From the IMG/VR virus record IMGVR_UViG_3300017917_005385: a stretch of 64,000 bases of DNA. One strand, 5' to 3'. The notes below the pieces were generated by a model that was not told the DNA's origin, searched no databases, and saw only the letters and a list, made by a program, of their open reading frames with translations. The position numbers and the translations under genes were made by a program. The DNA comes from an uncultured virus (IMG/VR IMGVR_UViG_3300017917_005385) (Duplodnaviria; Heunggongvirae; Uroviricota; Caudoviricetes). The first letter of the stretch is position 1; each line of letters opens with the position of its first letter. Positions 21,082-28,654 of the stretch are shown piece by piece.

Positions 21082-21253
21082 GAGTCCGGGCGTTTTTGTC
21101 AAAGAAGAAGATATAGATATTGTTTATCCAAGGTTTTCTAAAAGATATACAAGAAGGATAAAAATAGGTAAAATATTTTATATAGATGTTCCTAATATTA
21201 TTATAACTTCTACTCCAAAAGGAGGACCCACAAACTTTCCACAAATCTGGTAA
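21068..21253 (+). CDS. Chimeric microprotein: tail-sheath N-terminus + tag + terminase coupling-motif-like peptide
   Basis: Start ATG 21068: MAVFKSPGVFVKEED..RRIKIGKIF..IIITSTPKGGPTNFPQIW. Confidence 0.6.
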   Translation: MAVFKSPGVFVKEEDIDIVYPRFSKRYTRRIKIGKIFYIDVPNIIITSTPKGGPTNFPQIW

Positions 21254-21282
21254 TGAAAACATGATAGAGTAATATATACTCT

Positions 21283-21618
21283 ATGATAAATGTTTATTTG
21301 ATATGCTCCGAATTTGAAGGTAGAAGATTGTACAAGATAGGTTATACGAGAAGAGATGTTTCTAAAAGAATTAAAGAGTTGAAGACTGGTAATGGTTCAG
21401 ATCTTTACATAATAGATTCATTTAAGTCAAAATGGGGTACTAAAATAGAGGCTCAGTTACATAGAACATTTAAAAGTAAAAAAGTCAACGGTGAGTGGTT
21501 TGATTTAACAGATGATGATGTTAAATCATTTATGGATAAATGTAAGTCTACTCACGATGTATTAGAAATTATAACAAACAATAATACCTACTATATGGAG
21601 ACTGGACGTTTATTTTAA
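21283..21618 (+). CDS. GIY-YIG family nuclease (T5orf172/MUG113-like)
   Basis: VYLI..YKIGYT..RIKELKTGN..E..LH..GEWF. Confidence 0.85.
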   Translation: MINVYLICSEFEGRRLYKIGYTRRDVSKRIKELKTGNGSDLYIIDSFKSKWGTKIEAQLHRTFKSKKVNGEWFDLTDDDVKSFMDKCKSTHDVLEIITNNNTYYMETGRLF

Positions 21619-21663
21619 ACTAAAAACATCATTTAATATATAAATAAAAAATATTTTTCAAAT

Positions 21664-21933
21664 ATGAGTTCAATGAAAGAAATGGCAATTAGAGAGTATA
21701 TCACTAAAGTTGATTTTAAAAATAGTGATTGGAAACTTTCTCAATTAAAAGAAGATATGAGAAAATTTTTAGGTGAAGAGCCTGGAGTTGATGTCATTTA
21801 CAAAAAAGATGTTATGGTTAATGAATTTACAGGTGAATCTAAAGAGTTTTTAGATATTGATAAAATACAAATAGTATTTACAGATACTGATGATAAATTT
21901 AAAAAGATAGAATTCATTTTAGGTGATATTTAA
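21664..21933 (+). CDS. Hypothetical protein
   Basis: 89-aa ORF with promoter-like elements upstream. Confidence 0.65.
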   Translation: MSSMKEMAIREYITKVDFKNSDWKLSQLKEDMRKFLGEEPGVDVIYKKDVMVNEFTGESKEFLDIDKIQIVFTDTDDKFKKIEFILGDI

Positions 21934-21935
21934 TT

Positions 21936-22295
21936 ATGGAAAAAACTAAAATAATAGCTGATATTGTAGACTATCTTGGTAAATACGAAGATGGTATATT
22001 AGTTCTATTGTCTGTTAATTATAATGATATTAGTTTCACAGAAGGAACTTTATATTACTCTGATAAAATGTTGGCTTTAACAGTTGACGAATCAATTGAA
22101 AATGAAATAGGAAGTCCCATTGAACTTTGGGATGGTTATAGAGAATTACTTGAATCTATACTTAAAAGAGTTGTACCATACAATGAAATTATCAACAGAA
22201 TGGATGAGATAAATTTATCTCAATATGATATTTCTAAAATAGAATCTAAAGAAGCTGAGGACATAGATGACTCAGATATTCAAATTTCAGAATAA
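21936..22295 (+). CDS. Acidic hypothetical protein
   Basis: 119-aa ORF, tight operon spacing. Confidence 0.65.
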   Translation: MEKTKIIADIVDYLGKYEDGILVLLSVNYNDISFTEGTLYYSDKMLALTVDESIENEIGSPIELWDGYRELLESILKRVVPYNEIINRMDEINLSQYDISKIESKEAEDIDDSDIQISE

Positions 22296-22341
22296 ACCAA
22301 ACACAGATTATTTGATATAATAAAAAAATAATCTATGTTTA

Positions 22342-24090
22342 ATGCTTATTAGTGAATTAGGAATTAGAGGATTCAAATCTTATGGAAATAACGAACAAAT
22401 CTTAAAATTAAATACTGAAAAAGGAGAATTAATTCTTCTTGTTGGAAATAACGGAGCTGGTAAATCTTCTTTGTTAGATTCCTTCGATTACACACTTTAT
22501 GGTAAAGTTAGAGGTCGTAAAAAGAAATGGGCTACTTTATCAACACTACCAAATAGAATTAACGGTGAACTACTTAATAGAATTAAATTCAATTCTTTAG
22601 GTACTGAAGTAGAAGTTAAAAGAGGTATTTCACCTTCTGTTTTGGAACTTATTGAAAATGGAGTTCCAAATGAAAGAGCCGGTAAAGGAAATATTGACGA
22701 AAAGATTGAAAAGTATATCGGTATGGATATCGAGACTTTTAAATCATTTATTTCAATGTCTATTAACGACTTTAAAAACTTCATCTCACTTTCAAATGAA
22801 GAAAAACAATTACTTCTTGATAAATTATTTAACCTTGAGGTTATCAATATTTTAAATAGTATCTTAAAAGATATTGCTAAGAATAATAAAACCAAAGCCG
22901 CTTCTTTTGATGCTGAAATTAGAACCTTAGATGACTCTATTGCCTCTATTCAAAGGTCTATTGATAAAGCTATTGAAAGACAAAAAGAAGAAGCCAGACT
23001 GGCTTTAGAACGTGAAAAAGAAGATATTCAATCTGAGATTGATAGAATCACAAATGAGATGAATTCCAGAAAAGATGATTATAAGTCTTTGAAGGAAAAA
23101 ATGGATAAAATAAAAGAAAAAGATTCTGAATTAGTTGAAGAGTTAGATAAAGAGAAAAGACAACTCATCAACTGTCAAAATGATATTAAGAATGTTCAAA
23201 GAGAGTTAGACTTATATGATTCTGGTAAATGTCCAACTTGTAAAACAGATTTTGATTCGGTTCACTTTGCTAATTTAAGAACAGCTTTAGAAGAAAAAAA
23301 ATTAGGCTTTGAAAATATTAAAGCTGAGATTGAAGCTAATGTTACTAAAGTAAGAGAAAGACAAACTAAGTTAAAATCTTTATCAGAAACTACAACAACA
23401 GCTTTTAATGATTTAAGTTATTTGTTGAAAAATTATAAATCAGAGATTGATAAATTAACTCAAAAGAAAGCTACTCAAACAGTTCCTGTTAATACTACAC
23501 CTTCAGTTAACATTCAAGAGTTTCAAGATACAATTGAAGAGCTTAAAGAAAAGAAAGTAGTTAGTACTGATAAAATTACTGAATGTAAAGAAAAAGAACT
23601 TTATTATAAAGAGTTGAATAGAATCTTTGGTGAAGATGGTGTTAAGAAGTCAATTATTGCTGGTATTATCAAGCCAATTAATCACTTTATTGCTGAGAAT
23701 ATTAAAAAGATGGGATTGCCATTTGAGGTAAAACTAGACGAGACTTTTACGGCAGAGATTAAACAATTAGGTTCTCAAATTGAACACGATTCTTTATCAA
23801 CTGGTGAAACTAAGAAAGTAAACATTAGTATCTTAATTGCTTACTTGAAATTGATTAGAACTAAACGACATATCAATATTTTGTTCTTAGACGAGGTTTT
23901 TTCATCGATAGATATCGAAGGTATAGATTCTATTTTGACACTCTTAAAATCGTTTGCAAACGATTACAACATTAATATTTTTGTTGTTCACCATGCTATT
24001 TTGAATCAAGAGATGTTTGATAGAATATTGAAGATTAATAAAGAAGTATTCTCATCAATTGAAGAAGTTAATTTAGACTATGGATCTTGA
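22342..24090 (+). CDS. gp46/SbcC/Rad50-like SMC ATPase (recombination nuclease subunit)
   Basis: GFKSY, GNNGAGKS, coiled coil with CPTC zinc hook, LSTGE signature, LFLDEVF, H-loop. Confidence 0.92.
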   Translation: MLISELGIRGFKSYGNNEQILKLNTEKGELILLVGNNGAGKSSLLDSFDYTLYGKVRGRKKKWATLSTLPNRINGELLNRIKFNSLGTEVEVKRGISPSVLELIENGVPNERAGKGNIDEKIEKYIGMDIETFKSFISMSINDFKNFISLSNEEKQLLLDKLFNLEVINILNSILKDIAKNNKTKAASFDAEIRTLDDSIASIQRSIDKAIERQKEEARLALEREKEDIQSEIDRITNEMNSRKDDYKSLKEKMDKIKEKDSELVEELDKEKRQLINCQNDIKNVQRELDLYDSGKCPTCKTDFDSVHFANLRTALEEKKLGFENIKAEIEANVTKVRERQTKLKSLSETTTTAFNDLSYLLKNYKSEIDKLTQKKATQTVPVNTTPSVNIQEFQDTIEELKEKKVVSTDKITECKEKELYYKELNRIFGEDGVKKSIIAGIIKPINHFIAENIKKMGLPFEVKLDETFTAEIKQLGSQIEHDSLSTGETKKVNISILIAYLKLIRTKRHINILFLDEVFSSIDIEGIDSILTLLKSFANDYNINIFVVHHAILNQEMFDRILKINKEVFSSIEEVNLDYGS

Positions 24091-24370
24091 TAATTTAATA
24101 ATTGAGTATTTGAATCTGAGATTAGAAAAGGTTAGGTCTGTTAAAAGGCAAAGTTGGCAAGTAGCTGCAGAGATTAGAGATAAAGAGCGCCTGAAATCAA
24201 AAGAAATATGGCAAATCTTAGCTCCAGGTGGTGAGTTTGTTGATTGGAATACTTGTGATAAAATCATAGATGATTATTGCTTACAAGTTTATAATTGTAG
24301 TACATATGATTATTCACTTTGTGTAAAATCTATAGAAAGAGTGAAAAAGTTAAGAGAGCTAGGTATATGA
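24080..24370 (+). CDS. UVR-domain-like microprotein with C-terminal tag
   Basis: KVRSVKRQSWQVAAEIRDKER resembles the UvrB/ClpC UVR motif; ends RVKKLRELGI. Confidence 0.65.
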   Translation: MDLDNLIIEYLNLRLEKVRSVKRQSWQVAAEIRDKERLKSKEIWQILAPGGEFVDWNTCDKIIDDYCLQVYNCSTYDYSLCVKSIERVKKLRELGI

Positions 24371-24777
24371 TTTTAATTATAGATGAAAAGATTATTGGAG
24401 AAGTAAACAAGGTTTTATTAACATCAACACTTGGTGATAATTATGTTACAGTTATTGTTAGTTGTGATGATAGTAAAAAATTTTTCCTTGATTGGTTAGA
24501 TTTTTATTCTAAACAACCTGCTAATGTATTTGATGAAAAAACACTCATTATATATGATGAAGTTTATGATAACTTAATAACAATATATGACTCTTATATT
24601 AAAGAGATTTTGAAATCTTATACAGATTGGTTTGGTAAAAAATTTGATAACATGTTTGAAATACATGTTGGTTACAAAGACTTTGAAGAAAAAAAACCCA
24701 GAGGTGAATCTGAGTTTTATAAAAATATCTATAAATCTTATTTAAGAGATAAAAAAATCAATCAAATCATAAATTAA
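24367..24777 (+). CDS. Hypothetical protein with C-terminal tag
   Basis: Start ATG 24367 (ATGA overlap); ends RDKKINQIIN. Confidence 0.65.
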   Translation: MILIIDEKIIGEVNKVLLTSTLGDNYVTVIVSCDDSKKFFLDWLDFYSKQPANVFDEKTLIIYDEVYDNLITIYDSYIKEILKSYTDWFGKKFDNMFEIHVGYKDFEEKKPRGESEFYKNIYKSYLRDKKINQIIN

Positions 24778-26279
24778 CATTCGTTACAAGAGTAATCGCC
24801 TCGACCATCGCAGCTTGAACATTCAACATCACCGTTTCCTCTACACTCACCACAAGTGACATTACCAGAACCTCCACATTCACCACATTCAATTTCATTT
24901 CCTTCTTCGTCTTCACCTAGATTACCAGATCCATCACATTCACCACATTGAACATTACCATCACCACCACACTCGTTGCAGGAATGTTCACCACTACCAT
25001 AACAGTCACTACACTCTTGTCTACCAGAACCTCCACAATATTCACAAGTACCAATGTGACCACCCCCAGTATCTTCTAGTGTAAGACCTCCATTATCTAT
25101 GTTTGATAATATACCATTTCCTTCTTGAAAGTACTTTAATGTATCTAAGTAAGGATAGTTACTGTAGTATTTCTTAGTAAGAGTAACTTTTAAATTCAAA
25201 TCAGCCGTAGATCCATCCGGTGCAATTGTTCTTCCACTATCAGTACTACTGTTGTGAAATTTTACATACCAACCATTTTCTTTAGCGAAGTCTCTATATA
25301 ATTGAACATCTGAATCGTTTATAGTATAGATTCTATCTAAGAATTTTTTACCATCATCTAACGTCCATAATAATGCTCTTCCTACAATTTTTTCATCGTC
25401 ATCTTGAGATTTGAAAATTACTAGACTAACTTGTTCTGGATTTTCTGTGTAAATTTCTAACCAAGATTCGCGAGCACTAGCCATACAAGAAGAACCTAAA
25501 GTTCCTCTTCTTTCATAGTATGTATTACTATTATACCAATAATGAATATCACTACCTTTAACAACATGAAAGTAAGAAAACTTATCATTCAATTTATCGA
25601 TAGTTGCTTTGAAAAGATTAACAAATGCTTCATAATCTTTATCTTGAACATCTGTAACACCAGCCGCTCTTAATATTGCTCTAGCTCCTCTGCCAACTTT
25701 AATATCTTGTCTGTTTTTCGACCAAACTTCTCTCATTAAAGCAGATACTGAGTCAATTAGTCTTAGTTTATCTTGATTGTAAACACCTTGTCCTATTTCA
25801 ACTCCTTCTTTATCTGTACCTTGACCACCTTTCCATTTAATCCAAAAGTATGTTTTACCTGATGATTCAGATGTTACTTTAGCAACCACTTCACCTATAT
25901 CTCTTGAGTTAGGTTTGTATGGTTCAGAACCTTCTTCATAAGTATAACCTAATTTACCAAAAATACTATTATTTGAGTCTTTATGTTTTAACCAACCACC
26001 ACCTGATCCTGTAAATCTATATTCTTCTTTAACTTGACCTAATATTTCTTGTGCCTTTCTATCGGGAATAAAATTTAAACTATCATTTTTATCCAATGTT
26101 ATATCAAAATAATTTGACTGAACTGGAACATCTTTGTTTTCAATTTCAAGTAATTTTTTAGCTATTGGATTTTCAATCTTAGCTAATGCTCTTCTTAATT
26201 TTTCTGAATAAACTACATTAGACTCTAACAAAAGATACTCTAGTGATTCGTTTATAAAATTGGAATATTTCTTAATCAT
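24774..26279 (-). CDS. SCM...RALLW...DRIY family protein with CTS-like N-terminus and DnaJ-type CxxCxGxG repeats
   Basis: MIKKYSNFINES; GTLGSSCM, GRALLW, FLDRIY, YPYLDTLK; about 7 CxxCxGxG repeats. Confidence 0.75.
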   Translation of the reverse strand: MIKKYSNFINESLEYLLLESNVVYSEKLRRALAKIENPIAKKLLEIENKDVPVQSNYFDITLDKNDSLNFIPDRKAQEILGQVKEEYRFTGSGGGWLKHKDSNNSIFGKLGYTYEEGSEPYKPNSRDIGEVVAKVTSESSGKTYFWIKWKGGQGTDKEGVEIGQGVYNQDKLRLIDSVSALMREVWSKNRQDIKVGRGARAILRAAGVTDVQDKDYEAFVNLFKATIDKLNDKFSYFHVVKGSDIHYWYNSNTYYERRGTLGSSCMASARESWLEIYTENPEQVSLVIFKSQDDDEKIVGRALLWTLDDGKKFLDRIYTINDSDVQLYRDFAKENGWYVKFHNSSTDSGRTIAPDGSTADLNLKVTLTKKYYSNYPYLDTLKYFQEGNGILSNIDNGGLTLEDTGGGHIGTCEYCGGSGRQECSDCYGSGEHSCNECGGDGNVQCGECDGSGNLGEDEEGNEIECGECGGSGNVTCGECRGNGDVECSSCDGRGDYSCNEC

Positions 26280-26309
26280 TTCAACTATGTTATATTTTAC
26301 GGATATAAG

Positions 26310-26326
26310 TATATATTAAATATATA
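26310..26326. promoter_or_regulatory. Back-to-back late-type promoters
   Basis: TAATATATA on minus (26318-26310) and AATATATA on plus (26319-26326) between divergent genes. Confidence 0.6.
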
Positions 26327-26350
26327 AAGTACAAAAAACAATTTATTATT

Positions 26351-26542
26351 ATGCTAGTAGTTAAAGTTGAAGGAAATATGACAATTGAAAAAGCTCTTAA
26401 AACACTTAAAAGAAAGTGGGACAAAACAAAATCTATGAAAGAGCTTAGAGAAAGAAAAGAGTTCAAAAAGAGATCAGTTAAAAGACGTGATGAAATCACT
26501 AGAGCCGCTTATATTCAGAAGAAATATAGAAATAATGATTAA
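26351..26542 (+). CDS. rpsU: Ribosomal protein bS21 (phage-encoded)
   Basis: IEKALKTLKRK..ELRERKEFKKRSVKRR..AAYIQ; 63 aa, basic; Tyr at position 54. Confidence 0.88.
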   Translation: MLVVKVEGNMTIEKALKTLKRKWDKTKSMKELRERKEFKKRSVKRRDEITRAAYIQKKYRNND

Positions 26543-26831
26543 AAAACTGCTTAGTTTATTTCCTAATCAAACTAATAAAACATATGACTTAGGGAAATTA
26601 CAAAAATCTGGTTTTATAAAAAATTTAGATGATTTATCTGCTTGTCCAAATTGTAAAAGTAAAGATATAATTTGGGAGTTCTTTATACCAACAGATGGTT
26701 CTAAAACAACTCAAGATAGTTTATCTATTTGTAGAGATTGTGGTTACAATGATAAAAGAGGTGCATTTGAAGAAACAAATAAAGCCATTTTTAGACAACA
26801 AAAAATTAATCAAATATTAGATGGGATTTAA
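26535..26831 (+). CDS. Zinc-ribbon microprotein with C-terminal tag
   Basis: Start ATG 26535; CPNC..CRDC; ends RQQKINQILDGI. Confidence 0.65.
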   Translation: MIKKLLSLFPNQTNKTYDLGKLQKSGFIKNLDDLSACPNCKSKDIIWEFFIPTDGSKTTQDSLSICRDCGYNDKRGAFEETNKAIFRQQKINQILDGI

Positions 26832-27036
26832 TAAAAGATTTATCAGTCGTAAAAATTTAGAAATAATAGCTGAACAAGGTTTAGATAGTTTGATTAATTA
26901 TATAATTAAACCGGATGCTCTTATAATAGAGTCTGATGGTATTTCAGAAAAAGTTTGTGATATTGTAGGTAATACAAAAGATAAAAAAGAAATTAAGAAA
27001 AAATTAAAAGAAATAGGATTCTATGAATTTGAATAA
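26821..27036 (+). CDS. Hypothetical protein
   Basis: 71-aa ORF (MGFNKRFIS), overlapping both neighbours. Confidence 0.65.
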   Translation: MGFNKRFISRKNLEIIAEQGLDSLINYIIKPDALIIESDGISEKVCDIVGNTKDKKEIKKKLKEIGFYEFE

Positions 27037-27733
27037 AAACTACTATAGTATTCTTGGTGTTAAAAATACCGATGATGAAAAGACTATTAAAAAAGCTTAT
27101 TATAAATTATCATTCACTAACCACCCTGATAAAGGTGGTGATGCTATTCTTTTTAGTGAGATGACAGAAGCATACGATATTCTTTGTAGTGATAATAGAA
27201 AAGACTATGATTTAAAAAGTAAATTTGGAAATAACTATAACGAATATTTTGAATTATTTGATGTAAATATTGATTTTGATTTTGATAAAGAAAAGTCAAA
27301 TTTTGAAAAGTTTAAAAAATATGAAGTTAATGATATATATGTAACCATTGATGACAATTTTAATGGTTCATTAGAATATGAGAGATGGGTAAAATGTAAA
27401 ACTTGTGATGGTACTGGAAAAGACTTATCTGCAAAAATTGTTATTAAAGATAATGATGGTAATATTTTAAGAACTTTTGATGCTGATGATGGATGTGATT
27501 TTTGTGAGGGCTCTGGTAAAGACTATAAAGGAGAAACTTGTAATTTTTGTCAAGGAGCTGGCAAAGTAGGACTAACACCATGTAAAAAGTGCAACGGTGA
27601 AAAAAGAATATTAGGTAAACAAAAATTATCTGGAATTAAGCTAACAGGTGATGAGACTAAAATAGAATCAATGGGTAACTGTTCTAAAGATGTTGTAGGA
27701 ATGGTTGGATCTCTTATTCTAAAGAGAGGTTAA
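27023..27733 (+). CDS. dnaJ: DnaJ-like co-chaperone (J domain + zinc finger, truncated C-terminus)
   Basis: YYSILGV..HPDKGG; four CxxCxGxG-type repeats. Confidence 0.88.
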   Translation: MNLNKNYYSILGVKNTDDEKTIKKAYYKLSFTNHPDKGGDAILFSEMTEAYDILCSDNRKDYDLKSKFGNNYNEYFELFDVNIDFDFDKEKSNFEKFKKYEVNDIYVTIDDNFNGSLEYERWVKCKTCDGTGKDLSAKIVIKDNDGNILRTFDADDGCDFCEGSGKDYKGETCNFCQGAGKVGLTPCKKCNGEKRILGKQKLSGIKLTGDETKIESMGNCSKDVVGMVGSLILKRG

Positions 27734-28624
27734 TTCTAAAAATCTAGGAATTAAATTTTCAAATCCTCTTTTTTTACAATTTTCAATTATATAATTTAAG
27801 AACCATTTAACATACTTTTCGTTATAAGTATCTGTATTTTTTCTTAAAAAAACCTTATCGTATCCAATATGATATATATGATTATATGAATTTTGCCAAT
27901 TCCATAAACCATCAACTTCTTCTGATTTATTCCAGCCTTTACCTGTATTAAAAGTACTTAGTAAAGTTTTCTGATTAACATTCATATCTATTGCTAGTTC
28001 TGCTAAGAATCTTTGTTCAATAAAATAAACACTATACTTATTTAAGTTTTTGTTTTCAACTGAACACTTTTTCATCCAATTTATACCTATATTGGTATAT
28101 TTATCTTTCAAATCTTTATTATTTAGATATACAAGACTTGCATTAAGTGGCATGTTTTTCCAATTTGAATCATAGTTTATTTCATAGTCAGATATTATAA
28201 TATCACTGTCCGTGTAACAGGATAATGATAAATCTTCTTTATATGATGTTACTAAATCATAATTAAATATATTCCAATCAGATATACTATCCCATATAAG
28301 AATATCACAATCAATAAATAAAAAAGGATTATTTAACTCTTTATAAACTCTTAGTTTAGAATTAGACCAAAATATAGATTTATTTATACCAATATCACTT
28401 TTTAACAAGTCTGTATTTATTTCAGACCATGAATCTGATATATTATATTTATTTAATAACTCTAGTATTTTATCATCAGTGTAAAATATTAACGGTGTAT
28501 TAGGATTTTTAATTTTCCATATATTAGCATTTAGCCACATTAATGCTAATTCATAACTTGTTAATTGCTGTGGATATGAATCTTTTGTATAAGGTACACT
28601 TTCTAGAACTTGAATTCCTATCAT
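27719..28624 (-). CDS. Putative GT-A-fold glycosyltransferase (DUF6734-like)
   Basis: FYTD, WSNSKLRVY, PFLFIDCDIL (DxD), NAS, EQ, HIG. Confidence 0.6.
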   Translation of the reverse strand: MIGIQVLESVPYTKDSYPQQLTSYELALMWLNANIWKIKNPNTPLIFYTDDKILELLNKYNISDSWSEINTDLLKSDIGINKSIFWSNSKLRVYKELNNPFLFIDCDILIWDSISDWNIFNYDLVTSYKEDLSLSCYTDSDIIISDYEINYDSNWKNMPLNASLVYLNNKDLKDKYTNIGINWMKKCSVENKNLNKYSVYFIEQRFLAELAIDMNVNQKTLLSTFNTGKGWNKSEEVDGLWNWQNSYNHIYHIGYDKVFLRKNTDTYNEKYVKWFLNYIIENCKKRGFENLIPRFLELTSL

Positions 28625-28654
28625 TTAATTTTTATTAATAAATAATAAAAATGT

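Noticed and set aside
20611..21253. Genuine capsid/sheath/terminase morphogenesis module or simple pseudogenes
   Set aside because: Far too short, with no continuation in other frames; clean coupled ORFs with inserted tag (decay is not fully excluded)
21283..21618. GIY-YIG gene as an intron-borne homing endonuclease
   Set aside because: Free-standing, catalytic domain only, no interrupted host gene
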